Below, one piece after another: positions 26,838 to 36,607 of a DNA stretch of 64,000 nt. The position numbers and the translations under genes were made by a program. The DNA comes from Lapidilactobacillus wuchangensis (GTDB lineage: Bacteria > Bacillota > Bacilli > Lactobacillales > Lactobacillaceae), in contig NZ_RHOU01000002.1 in NCBI RefSeq assembly GCF_003946645.1, positions 26,488-90,487 on the forward strand, read 5' to 3'. The notes beneath the pieces were generated by a model. That model saw only the letters and a program-made list of their open reading frames with translations. It searched no databases and was not told the DNA's origin. Each line of letters opens with the position of its first letter. Position 1 is the first letter of the stretch.

Positions 26838-27963
26838 CTAATGGGTCAAACAAGCACGTAACATCTGCTCATAAGCGGCTCGTTTGTCGTCAGGGACTAA
26901 TTTAAGTACCTCTGGTAAACGGGCTGTTTGGGCGTCAGTTAATGGTTCCGAATAATGGGTGGTGAGATTAAAACTTTCAAATAATTTGGTTACCGCGCTA
27001 ATACCGACTTCGATCAAATCGCCAGTTGATTGCTGATCGGTGAGGATAATGTCGTTGAGATATTTTGCAACGGCGGCGCGATAGTCTTGGGCAATCAGGC
27101 GCAACCAATTAGGGAAGACCATAATCATCGCTTCACGGTAAGGGATGCCCAACCATTTCTGCAGTAAATCTTCAAGAAGTCCAGTCGTTGTCTATCCCGG
27201 CGTTCATGATTGCTTGGGGCGTCAAGGTTGCCGCCCACATCAGGTTGCTGCGAGTTTCGGTAGTGGCGTTGCCATTTTGAACGGCGCGGGCATTTTTCAA
27301 TAGACTAGTCAGAATTACTTTGGCAAAGCCATTGGCAATTTCACTACCGTTGCCTAAGTAGTTCAAACTTTCTTGGATGAAAGTGACCATGGCGCCACGA
27401 ACGGCTTGCTCGATGGTCAATGAAGCACTAAATGATGGGTCCAAAATCGCATACTTAGGAAAAGTACCCAGTAGCGTGCGATGTTCACCAGTCTCCAAAT
27501 CATAAATTTCGGCGGCTAAATCAGCCTCGGAACCACCAGAAGGATAAGTGGGAATCTCGACGATTGGTAAATAAGTGGCGTTGACCATTGATTTCTCACC
27601 ACGTAAGTAATCCCAAATGTCAGCATGAACGGCGCCAAAAGCAATTGCCTTGGCATTATCCATACAAATACTGCCACCTAAACCAAGTACCGCTTGGACA
27701 GCATGATCATTGGCCAACTGAATGCCGCGTTTGATTTCGGTCCAAGAAGCTTGCCGGTTATCGCCGGCTTGCACAGTAGCAATGCCATTTTTCTCCAGCA
27801 AGTCAGTGACTTTTGCTAAATGACCGAATTTAATGGCCGAATGCCCGCCAAAAACAATCAGGACTTTTGTGATCCGGTTTTGCTTTAGGCGCGTGACTAA
27901 CTCAGTTAAAGCATTTTGCCCGTAAATAACTTCAGTGGGACTTTGAACTGTAAAATTATACAT
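26838..27963 (-). pseudogene. iron-containing alcohol dehydrogenase, frameshifted (two ORFs 27172..27963 and 26838..27152)
   Basis: N-terminal part carries the GGGSxxD motif (LGLGGSICMDNAKAIAF). The frame breaks near 27155-27180 (...MNAGIDNDWTS* vs TTGLLEDLLQKWLGIPYRE...). The combined ~375 aa is typical of Fe-ADH. RBS TGGAGGT before MYNF at 27963. Confidence 0.6.
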
Positions 27964-27981
27964 GCTAGATACCTCCAAAAA

Positions 27982-28365
27982 TTAAACTTTACTCGTGGTG
28001 ACTGGTGCGCAAACTTCGACAGCGTCATCATAATTGTCGTAACGTTCTTTAATGACGTTGTAAGTAGTTTGCAAGTCAGCCAATTTTTGTTGAATAATGG
28101 TGAGCTGTTCTGCTAATAATTGTTTACGGTCGGCGATAGTTCGGTCGCTTTGCTGGTATAATTTGACGAATTCGATTAGATAATCGACACTGAGTCCAGC
28201 ATGGCGCATATATTTAGCAAAACAGATCCAATCTAGGTCGTTCTGATCGTAGTCACGATAACCAGCCTGGTCGCGGTGAACGGGCGGGATTGCCCCGACT
28301 CGTTCCCAGTAACGTAGTGTGTTAGCTGGTAAATCATATTTAAGACTAGCAGTTTTAATTTTCAT
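27982..28365 (-). CDS. MerR-family transcriptional regulator
   Basis: N-terminal HTH (LRYWERVGAIPPVHRDQAGYRDYD) and C-terminal coiled-coil. Confidence 0.8.
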   Translation of the reverse strand: MKIKTASLKYDLPANTLRYWERVGAIPPVHRDQAGYRDYDQNDLDWICFAKYMRHAGLSVDYLIEFVKLYQQSDRTIADRKQLLAEQLTIIQQKLADLQTTYNVIKERYDNYDDAVEVCAPVTTSKV

Positions 28366-28531
28366 TTAATTAACCTCACTCAATAGTTATTACTCAACTT
28401 CATCATACTAAACCTTAGCCCTAACGCAAAGGCAAGGGTGAAATTAAAAATCTTTTTAAGTAAAAAAGATTTGCTTTAACCTTAAGGCAAAGGTTTATAC
28501 TAGACAACTAATTAAAAAAGGAGACTTTTAA

Positions 28532-29368
28532 ATGACAACAATTACTGATCAATATACGCTAACTAATGATGTCAAAATTCCCAAAGTTGGTTTCGGGACC
28601 TATCAAATTCCTGCTGCGGCAACCAAACAAATTGTTTTAGACGCCTTACAGGCTGGCTATCGGCACTTAGACACCGCCAAGAATTATGGCAACGAAGCCG
28701 AAGTTGGGGCAGCCGTGCGTGAGTCTGGCTTGGCTCGAACTGATATTTTCGTTACCACGAAATTACCAGCAGAAACAAAAACTTATCAAGGCGCGCTGGC
28801 TGATTTTAACGAGTCGCTAACAGCATTGGGCTTGGATTATGTTGATCTTTATTTAATTCATGCACCAGAACCATGGGATGAAGCTGGTGCCGACTATGAT
28901 CAAGCTAACCGTGAAGTCTGGCGAGCAATGGAAGAGATTTATCAAAGTGGTCGGGCCAAAGCGATTGGGGTTTCTAATTTTGACGTGCATGATTTAAAGA
29001 ATATTTTGACCACTGCCAAAATTGTGCCAATGGTTGATCAGATCCAATATTATATTGGTTATCGTCAAGCAGAAATCACGGATTTTGCTCAAGCTAATCA
29101 TATTTTAGTCGAGGCCTTCACGCCACTGGCTCGTGGGGCGCTAGCAACTGAACCGCAAATTCAGAAGTTGGCGGCTAAATACCAAATTGAATTTGCTCAG
29201 TTAGCAATTCAATATTGTCTGCAAAATGGCACCTTACCTTTACCAAAGTCAACGACACTGGCACATATTCAACAAAATACTAAACTGAATTTCGAAATTT
29301 CACCTGCAGATATGACTATTTTGGATCAGATTCAGGATCATTCAGATATTTGGCATTTTACTGACTAG
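28532..29368 (+). CDS. aldo/keto reductase family oxidoreductase
   Basis: AGYRHLDTAKNYGNE signature. 278 aa. Confidence 0.85.
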   Translation: MTTITDQYTLTNDVKIPKVGFGTYQIPAAATKQIVLDALQAGYRHLDTAKNYGNEAEVGAAVRESGLARTDIFVTTKLPAETKTYQGALADFNESLTALGLDYVDLYLIHAPEPWDEAGADYDQANREVWRAMEEIYQSGRAKAIGVSNFDVHDLKNILTTAKIVPMVDQIQYYIGYRQAEITDFAQANHILVEAFTPLARGALATEPQIQKLAAKYQIEFAQLAIQYCLQNGTLPLPKSTTLAHIQQNTKLNFEISPADMTILDQIQDHSDIWHFTD

Positions 29369-29404
29369 AATCAATGAAAGATCAATCACTTAATCATGAT
29401 AAAA

Positions 29405-29448
29405 ATAAAGACCACGCTGACTATTTTATAAGTCAACGTGGTTTTTAT
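29405..29448. terminator. bidirectional terminator (accacgctgac ... gtcaacgtggttttta)
   Basis: Inverted repeat + T-run between convergent genes. Confidence 0.6.
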
Positions 29449-29456
29449 ATTGCTGA

Positions 29457-30266
29457 TTATTGAACCGTTGTTGTGTCAGCATTGGCGGAGGTGTCACTGC
29501 TTGTCGAATCAGTGGTTGTTGTGTTCGTCTCCGTCGTGGTTCCTTGACTGGTGTCGGCACCAGTTTCAGTATTGGTTTGCGTATTTCCAGTTGTATCTTG
29601 ATAGCCGCTATTATCAGTCGCTGGCCACCACCAAGTTTGATTGCTGGTCTGGTCAGAATTAGTTGCTGTACCCTGATCAGTTGCACTATTATCATAGCTG
29701 GCAGTGGTGTCATTGTTGGCAATCGCAGTTTGATCAGCTGTTGCTTGGTCACTAGACATACTGTTATCCTGAGTAGTGTTGGCCGCTGCACTAGAACCGA
29801 GATTGTCCAATCGTTTCTGATTAGCCACCCGATCTTTTTTGAAAAAAGGATCTAATTGTAAATCAACTAATTTTTGCGCTGCTTTGATGTCTGCCTCTGT
29901 GCGGCTCTGTTCAGCCTGAGTAACGGCAGTATCAGCTGCTTTAGCTTGAGCCAATAAATTATCAAGCGTCGTCAGTTGTGTAGTTAAATTAATGCGGTCG
30001 GTCTTGGTTAATCGTTTAATCGCCGTTTGCGCAGTGGCAATATCAGCCGCATTTCGGCTCTGGTAGGCTGCTTGAACTAATTTTTCGGCCTGCTTTTTAA
30101 GTTGTTGTTCACTTTGTTGAGCGACTTTCTTAGCCTGTTGTTGCCGAACCAGCAAAACTTGTTGCGCCTTAACTTGGTGATTGTGGCTGACGACACCAGC
30201 TGTTACCCCTGTAGCGACTAGCAAGGTCAAAATAGCAAGTAAAGTAATTTTGCCCCCAGTTTTCAT
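29457..30266 (-). CDS. secreted/anchored coiled-coil protein with Thr/Ser/Asp/Asn-rich C-terminus (269 aa)
   Basis: N-terminal signal/anchor MKTGGKITLLAILTLLVATGVTA. Q/A/K-rich helical region, then low-complexity T/S/D/N/Q tail. Confidence 0.6.
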   Translation of the reverse strand: MKTGGKITLLAILTLLVATGVTAGVVSHNHQVKAQQVLLVRQQQAKKVAQQSEQQLKKQAEKLVQAAYQSRNAADIATAQTAIKRLTKTDRINLTTQLTTLDNLLAQAKAADTAVTQAEQSRTEADIKAAQKLVDLQLDPFFKKDRVANQKRLDNLGSSAAANTTQDNSMSSDQATADQTAIANNDTTASYDNSATDQGTATNSDQTSNQTWWWPATDNSGYQDTTGNTQTNTETGADTSQGTTTETNTTTTDSTSSDTSANADTTTVQ

Positions 30267-30619
30267 AACGTCTCCTCCAAATTAAATCGTAGTATCACGA
30301 TAAATTTCAACAGTATAAATAATTTATTGCTTATTTTAAGATTATAAAATATTTAATATCTCTAATATATCACAAAGTAGCGAGAAGGCGGAATATTTGC
30401 CCTGATTTAAGATTACAGTTCAAAACCGTTAATTCCTGGGATTGCAGGGAAACAGACTGGCGTTCGACTCCATTGCGGGCTTGTTGGTTGTGGAACGCGG
30501 CCGGCATCGATTTGAACCAATTAAAGACCAAATTGTCTCAGATACAGGTCTTGTACTAGGCGGTAAACCGCCAAGAACAATTTGGCTGCTTCTCGCAAGC
30601 TCCTACGCAAATAAAACCC

Positions 30620-31025
30620 GATTGGCTGACGACAAGATCCCTCCATTCCGTCTGGAGTTGAGGTGGTTCATCAGATTTGTTAATGCTTGAGGCAATTCGA
30701 CCGGGATTGATCAACTCGATTTAAATTGTTGTTACATCTGGATAGTATTAAAAAAGTCTGTTTGACAGTTTCTGGTTTTATCCAGAATGTTTGTCAAACA
30801 GGCCTATTAGTTTACATCAATTTGTTTTTCTAAATAGTGGTGATCAGTTCTGTTAATTTATACAGGTGGTTGCTGGGCGATTGGCGTCAGCTGTGAAATT
30901 ATTCTTAGCGATTTATCGCTTAGAATAAGCCTCGAATTTGAGATTGTTGCGTTAGCAATAAGCTCAAGTCGATGGCCACAGCGTTCCACGCCACTACAAT
31001 CGCCCAGCAACCACCTTTCACAATT
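30620..31025. repeat. BOX-like mosaic intergenic repeat cluster (modules: ccattccgtctggagttga; cctgtttgaca-hairpin; gcgttccacg/atttgagattgttgc module)
   Basis: Same modules recur at 33665-33735, 38040-38565, 39690-40250, 44335-44875, 46598-46652, 47580-47995, 57185-57895 and 60555-60735. The tracked ORF 30442..30690 lies on these repeats. Confidence 0.7.
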
Positions 31026-31264
31026 GGGGAAGACTTAGCACTATCCTTATTCCATTAAATGGCCCTGATATCAGTCAAATCAGAATTGAACTGACCTCGC
31101 TTAATTACATAATTGCTCGCAAAAAAATCCCCAGACTATTGAAGACAGTCTGGGGATTCGATGCTGAATGTTTGATGAAATTACAAGTGCAGCTTAGCAT
31201 TGATACTCACATAAGACGGTGATAGATTATATTGCTTTATAAATCACAATCACAGATCAACAAA

Positions 31265-32737
31265 TTATTTGTCTGCTTTAGCTGTAGTTTCTTCAGCAGT
31301 TGCCGCTTTTTTAGATGGCTTAGTTGGTTGTACAGGGCTTTCTTGATCAATGGCGCTGACGAGATCTTGATTACCAGCACGTTGAGTCATGGCACCGTTC
31401 AATAGCGCTGGGACATCAATCGACGTCGTTTCTTTCAACATGTTGAAAGTCTTCGCTAAGTTATTAACGGTGGCGCTGGTTGGGTCGCCGTCAGTTAACA
31501 TCGTAATGTGATCGACCTTGTTGTAGGCACTAGCTTGGGCGGCGATGATTTCTGGCAATTTCTCAACAATCATTTGCAATTTACCAGTTTCGTTCATTTT
31601 AGCTAAGGCTTCAGCTTGCTTTTCAGTGGCCTTGGCATGAGCTAAACCTTCTGCCTCGATTTGTTTGGCATTGGCATCACCGGTGATTTCAGTGGCGCGG
31701 GCTTGAGCTTCACTACGAACTTTGACTTGTTCAGCTTCGGCTTCAGCAGCGCGAACTTTCGTGGCTTTGTCGGCTTCGGCTTGTTGGCGTGCGGCGTATA
31801 ATTTGGCATCGGCTTCTTTATAAGTCGTCGCCTTTAATTTACGGTCGGCTAATTCGGCGTCTTGTTCGGCCAAAGCAATGTCTTTTTCCATTTGTAATTG
31901 CTTGTTGGCCATTTGGGCGTTGATGATTTCTTGTTGGGCTTGAGCTTCGGCTGTTTTCTGATCTTGGTCATATTTAGCCATGGCAATAGCTTGGGCCCGT
32001 TCAGCATCTTTGATTTGCGTTTGACGTTCGATTTCTTGTTGCTGGGCTTGTTGCTCAGATTCGGCCGTCTTGATCCGCATGTCACTGTTAGCTTTAGCCG
32101 CCGCAATTTGGGCATCGCGCTTAACTTCAGCAATTTGCGCTTGGCCTAATGCTTTCAAATAATCATTTTCGTCACTAATATCTTTAATGGTGAAACTAAT
32201 GACTTGGAGGCCCATTTTGGCTAAATCGGGAACGGCAACATTCTGAACTGACTCAGCGAAAGAATCACGGTTCTGATATAAATCTTCAACAGTTTGGGTG
32301 CCTAAGATTGCTCGCGCATGGCCTTCAACAACTTCGGTAGCTTCGGCATTAATTTCTTTGTCGTCTTTGCCAAGAAATTGTTCAGCAGCTGTGGCAATTT
32401 CTTCTTGGGTAGAACCAATCTTTAAAATAACGGTCCCGGTGATTTTAATCGGCACCCCTTTTTGCGTATAAACTTCGGGAGTCACTAAATCAATTGTCCG
32501 CGAATTGAGATTCAATAACGCCGCCCGCTGCAAAATCGGAATCACAAAGGAACCGCCGTTAGTGATCAGCTTGACTTTATTGCCGTTGCTATCAGTGTAA
32601 GCGTGCTTGCCACCTATAAAAGCGCCAGAAATAATTAGCACCTCATTGGGCAACGCTGTTTTACGATGAGTTGCGAGAAAAACAAAAATGAAAATAATAA
32701 TAAACGCTAAAATGCCAATACCGACTAAATTATCCAT
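31265..32737 (-). CDS. flotillin-like protein (SPFH/band-7 domain + coiled coil; FloT/YuaG-like)
   Basis: N-terminal TM, SPFH domain and a long Ala/Glu/Gln/Lys-rich coiled coil. 490 aa. Paired with an upstream NfeD-like gene as in B. subtilis yuaF-floT. Confidence 0.8.
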   Translation of the reverse strand: MDNLVGIGILAFIIIFIFVFLATHRKTALPNEVLIISGAFIGGKHAYTDSNGNKVKLITNGGSFVIPILQRAALLNLNSRTIDLVTPEVYTQKGVPIKITGTVILKIGSTQEEIATAAEQFLGKDDKEINAEATEVVEGHARAILGTQTVEDLYQNRDSFAESVQNVAVPDLAKMGLQVISFTIKDISDENDYLKALGQAQIAEVKRDAQIAAAKANSDMRIKTAESEQQAQQQEIERQTQIKDAERAQAIAMAKYDQDQKTAEAQAQQEIINAQMANKQLQMEKDIALAEQDAELADRKLKATTYKEADAKLYAARQQAEADKATKVRAAEAEAEQVKVRSEAQARATEITGDANAKQIEAEGLAHAKATEKQAEALAKMNETGKLQMIVEKLPEIIAAQASAYNKVDHITMLTDGDPTSATVNNLAKTFNMLKETTSIDVPALLNGAMTQRAGNQDLVSAIDQESPVQPTKPSKKAATAEETTAKADK

Positions 32738-32785
32738 AGAACTGGGACCACCTTTGTTGATTTTTAATATCCACTGAAGTTGGCG

Positions 32786-33250
32786 TTACGCGTGATGCAA
32801 TTCAGTGGTTGGTTCTTGAAAAGGAATAACGTAAGCGATGCCCTTGATCACGCTGACGACCACGACCCGTGCGCCTTTAGGGAGGGCGGATAATTCTGCA
32901 TCTTGATCGGGTTGGTAGAGGCGCGCCGCATACGTTTGCCGTGCCCGGCCACCGCCGCTGATCATCACTTCACCGGTGACTAAATCGGAGACACCTAATG
33001 TGAGGGTGCCCATTAATAAATCATTTTGGGGCATCACTGTCGAATTATCGGCGTGGGCCAGCAAATGGTTTAAGAGATTAAAGATGGGGATGAAGACTAG
33101 CGATAATAACAGCCATAACACTAAAATTGCCGCAACAAATAGCAGACCAATAAACACCCATTTTTGCCACGTGTTGGGCGAATTAAATAGGTTACTGATT
33201 GAAGTGGTTATTTGAATACTGCTTAGAAGGGTTAGTAAGTTTCCAGTCAT
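32786..33250 (-). CDS. NfeD-like membrane protein (YuaF-like)
   Basis: AGGTGA RBS before MTGNLL. TM helices and a C-terminal beta-rich OB-like segment (GEVMISGGGRARQTYAARLY ... VVVVSVIKGIAYVIPF). Confidence 0.7.
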   Translation of the reverse strand: MTGNLLTLLSSIQITTSISNLFNSPNTWQKWVFIGLLFVAAILVLWLLLSLVFIPIFNLLNHLLAHADNSTVMPQNDLLMGTLTLGVSDLVTGEVMISGGGRARQTYAARLYQPDQDAELSALPKGARVVVVSVIKGIAYVIPFQEPTTELHHA

Positions 33251-33523
33251 AAATTCACCTGACTTAATTGTAAAATCCCAAAATAGCTTGATAATCAATT
33301 CTGCTTTTTGAAAGCGATTGCGCAGAATTGGATAGGCACATTATAGCATAATTAGTTCATACAAATACATAGTGTTCGGGCCAATCATTCGCATTGTTTG
33401 GCCAATTACCGTAAAATTTAGTTAATTATGAACGTAATCGCGTGGAAAATTTAACTGAATAATAGCGAGCAAGAGCTTATTTTGGCAATAATTATTGATA
33501 TAGCTCTGAGAAAGGTTAAGCTG

Positions 33524-33667
33524 ATGAAAGATGACAGTTTATTTTCAATGATATTTTCGATGATCATCTCGTTGTTGGTGATTGGCGTGATACTGTGGTT
33601 TTTTATTGAAATGTGGCCGCTTATTTTACTGGCCCTTACTTTGCTGAAAGCATTACTCTTTTCTTAA
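33524..33667 (+). CDS. possible small hydrophobic peptide (47 aa)
   Basis: AAAGG RBS. Single TM-like stretch. Weak support. Confidence 0.25.
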   Translation: MKDDSLFSMIFSMIISLLVIGVILWFFIEMWPLILLALTLLKALLFS

Positions 33668-33735
33668 ATGGTCAACGCCGCCGCGTTCCGCGCCAAGCAG
33701 CCCGCAATGCAGTCAGACACAATTCTGTTTTAGAC
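33665..33735. repeat. BOX-like repeat module (gcgttccgcgccaagcagcccgcaatgcagtcagacacaattctgtttt)
   Basis: Matches the right-hand module seen at 38520-38565, 57835-57895 and 60600-60650. Confidence 0.6.
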
Positions 33736-33754
33736 TCACGTTAATGTTTCCCAG

Positions 33755-34243
33755 TTAACTGCCTTTTGTCACGCCCTGGATGACTTTTTCCATCGTGATG
33801 AAGGGATAAACTTGACCTTGCTCGTCAAATTGATCATAAGTTCGGGTAGCGATGAAGCCGGCACGCTGATAAACAGTTTGGGCGCGCTGGTTGAACTTCG
33901 CCACGTCCATGATTAATTTGCTGGGTTGATATTGCGCCACGATAAAAGCCACTAAAGCATTAACGAAACTTAGGCCTTGTCCTTGACCAGTGAAAGCTGG
34001 TGCCATACCTAAGCCAACTTCGAGGACACCTGGAGTTGAGGTCGTTTCAATGGCAAAGTAGCCTAGCAAATCATCGGCTGAATTCAATACCTGATAAAAC
34101 CGATTACCACGTTGTTGCGCAGATTTCACTTCCTGGTAATCTTCTTGATCAGCATCAGTATTGTAGAAAGCATATTGGTCCGGATAATGCCAAGCCGCAA
34201 CTTTTTCGGCATTAATTTGGGTGAGCGAAGAAATTCTCATCGT
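33755..34243 (-). CDS. GNAT-family N-acetyltransferase
   Basis: Acetyl-CoA-binding region ... QGQGLSF ... fold pattern. 163 aa from MTMRISS. Confidence 0.7.
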   Translation of the reverse strand, partial: TMRISSLTQINAEKVAAWHYPDQYAFYNTDADQEDYQEVKSAQQRGNRFYQVLNSADDLLGYFAIETTSTPGVLEVGLGMAPAFTGQGQGLSFVNALVAFIVAQYQPSKLIMDVAKFNQRAQTVYQRAGFIATRTYDQFDEQGQVYPFITMEKVIQGVTKGS

Positions 34244-34463
34244 CATGCTCCTTTCACAGAGACTAGGCAAAGTACCAAAAGGTCAGCGCTCCGCCAGACT
34301 CGCTAGTGATTAGTTTTAATTGATTATACTAGTTATCAGATTAATTGGTATAGACTAGTTAAATATTTTGGATAAAACGTTGCGACACTAGTCTTTATAA
34401 GTGAATTGAATTTGCGCTATACTAAAAATAAAATGTTTACAGTGATTAAATGAGGTGGCAAAA

Positions 34464-35426
34464 ATGAAAGCAGTTATTGTACGGCAACCAGGCGGCCCAG
34501 AAGTTCTTGAATATACAGAGGTGCCCACGCCCAAGGTGGAACCTGGTTGGACTTTGGTGAAAGTTCATGGTTTTGGCATCAATCATTCAGAAATTTTTAC
34601 GCGAGAGGGTGAGTCGCCGTCAGTGAAATTTCCACGAATTTTAGGGATTGAAGCTGTGGGAACGGTTGCGGAAACTTCAGCGCCAGAACAATTTCAAGTC
34701 GGCCAAAAAGTAGTCTCACTCATGGGTGAAATGGGCCGGGCTTTCGATGGCGGTTACGCTGAATATGTGCTGCTGCCTAACCAACAGGTTTACCCAGTGA
34801 CCACTAATTTGAATTGGGATGATTTGGCGGCGGTGCCTGAAACTTATTACACCGCGTTCGGAATCGTCCGTAGTTTGCAAATTAGAAATAATGACCGTAT
34901 TTTAATTCGTGCGGCCACGAGTGGTGTTGGCTTGGCCGCTTTGAAATTGATCAAGGCCATGAATCGTCACAATCAATTGGTCGGAACAACTCGTTCGGCT
35001 AAAAAAGTGGCTTTGTTGCAGTCGCTAGGTTTTGATCAGGTGATTGTGACGCCAGATCCGATTAATTTACCGGCGGATACTGGTACTTTTGATAAAATCA
35101 TTGATTTGATTGGCGGTCTGGCCATTCGTGATTCATTGTTGCGACTCAATGAATTTGGTATTTCTAGTTCCACTGGTGAGTTAGGCGGGCAATGGACTAT
35201 TGATCAGTTCGATCCCATTATGGATATTCCTAATGATCGTTATTTGACCGGGTTTAGTTCGGCTGAGGTTAGTGGTCAGGCGATTCAACAGCTGTTTGAT
35301 TTTATTGAAAAATATCAGGTGGATGTGGCGCCAACTAAAATTTTCGATTTGGCTCATACCCGTGAAGCGCATGAATATCTAGAAAGTGGCCATAGTTTGG
35401 GCAAGGTGATTGTGCGGGTTGAGTAA
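34464..35426 (+). CDS. zinc-binding/quinone oxidoreductase, MDR superfamily
   Basis: MKAVIVRQPGGPEVL ... N-terminal GroES-like domain and Rossmann domain AATSGVGLAALKL. RBS GAGGTGG. Confidence 0.8.
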   Translation: MKAVIVRQPGGPEVLEYTEVPTPKVEPGWTLVKVHGFGINHSEIFTREGESPSVKFPRILGIEAVGTVAETSAPEQFQVGQKVVSLMGEMGRAFDGGYAEYVLLPNQQVYPVTTNLNWDDLAAVPETYYTAFGIVRSLQIRNNDRILIRAATSGVGLAALKLIKAMNRHNQLVGTTRSAKKVALLQSLGFDQVIVTPDPINLPADTGTFDKIIDLIGGLAIRDSLLRLNEFGISSSTGELGGQWTIDQFDPIMDIPNDRYLTGFSSAEVSGQAIQQLFDFIEKYQVDVAPTKIFDLAHTREAHEYLESGHSLGKVIVRVE

Positions 35427-35517
35427 ATTTTCTTTCTAAAATTGGAAAATTTTTAGGATTATATGATCTTGAAGTAGGAGAATCCAGTAAATAAGTAATG
35501 TAGTCAATCGTTCAAAT

Positions 35518-36333
35518 TTATTTTCGCCACCTTTGTTCAGATGGAATTAGTTGATAGTTTGGAATATTACGCAATATCTCTTTCAATTTTTGAGACGCTT
35601 CGATGCTAATGACCGGACTTGTAGTAATTTCGATATTATCTAATGACTTAATATCGAACGGAATATCAAAAAAATTAGATTCTATTTCGCCGGATTTCAA
35701 AGTTTGTAAGATTTTGGCTTGATCCTGCATGATTTGTGGGTTTTGTATAATGCTAAATAAGCTAAATGGAAAAGTGAAAAGTTTGTAGCGCCACTCAGAT
35801 TGATATTTCCAATCAAGACGCTTGAACTTACCTATTAAGTTGGTTTCTAATTGTGAGTTGTTATCGTCTTCGTGGAAAACCGTATAATGTAAGAGCTCAG
35901 GATCTTTGGTGTAAGTTACAGGAAATAGATTTACTATTCTTGGCATAAAGATAACTTTATTTTCTCTTTCAATTTCTGCTAATCCATTTGTGTAGGGCCA
36001 ACCATGAAAATTATTGAGATCCATTTGGGAAGCACCTAGTTGGAGAAACTGTTCATTTGATATACCGCAATCTAATAATGTTTTGAAAATGTTTTTGGGA
36101 AGTTTTAGTCGGATACCCTCAGTTGGAGTTGTATACTCTTTCCATAATGGAATTGATTCTTCGTGTTTATCTGTCCAGCAACTTACGTAACAAAAACGAC
36201 CTAAATTACCAAAATTATTTGTTTCCATTTCTTCCTCATCGTCAACGTTTGCCAGTGAGTTAAAACGAAATTTTGAGCTTTCTACAATTAATTTGAAAGT
36301 TTCAACATTAGTGTAATGATATAAATATTCCAA
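35518..36333 (-). CDS. DUF2971-like hypothetical protein (N-terminal YHYT motif) in AT-rich islet
   Basis: Starts MEYLYHYTNVETFKLI, characteristic of the DUF2971 family. The gene and its flanks (35450-36450) are markedly AT-rich relative to neighbours. Confidence 0.5.
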   Translation of the reverse strand: MEYLYHYTNVETFKLIVESSKFRFNSLANVDDEEEMETNNFGNLGRFCYVSCWTDKHEESIPLWKEYTTPTEGIRLKLPKNIFKTLLDCGISNEQFLQLGASQMDLNNFHGWPYTNGLAEIERENKVIFMPRIVNLFPVTYTKDPELLHYTVFHEDDNNSQLETNLIGKFKRLDWKYQSEWRYKLFTFPFSLFSIIQNPQIMQDQAKILQTLKSGEIESNFFDIPFDIKSLDNIEITTSPVISIEASQKLKEILRNIPNYQLIPSEQRWRK

Positions 36334-36544
36334 AAAATTTACCCCGTTTTTTTGTTAATTACTGCGTTTAGTATCATAGCATATTATAAGAATATATGTT
36401 CGTTGATATTATTTGTGGTCGGCTGTGCTATACTAAAAACAACGTATCACCTAAGTACCTTTCATAGAAAGTTGATCAGGTTTCACTGCTCAACACATTC
36501 ATCGGAGGGTTCTGTAACTTAATTAATTACAAGCTGGATAAGAT

Positions 36545-36585
36545 GCCGGGACAATGCCGGAAATCTTGTCCGGCTTTTTTATTTG
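36545..36585 (+). promoter_or_regulatory. terminator-like hairpin inside the 5' leader of the MFS transporter gene (possible attenuator)
   Basis: gccgggacaatgccggaaatcttgtccggcttttttatttgg lies 20 nt upstream of the GGAGG RBS of the MFS gene. Short upstream ATG-initiated frames overlap the hairpin. Confidence 0.3.
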
Positions 36586-36607
36586 GTTTAATTTTGGAGG
36601 CATTCAG

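Noticed and set aside
30442-30690. 82-aa ORF 30442..30690
   Set aside because: It lies entirely on BOX-like repeat modules (including ccattccgtctggagttga). It is most likely a non-coding repeat read-through.
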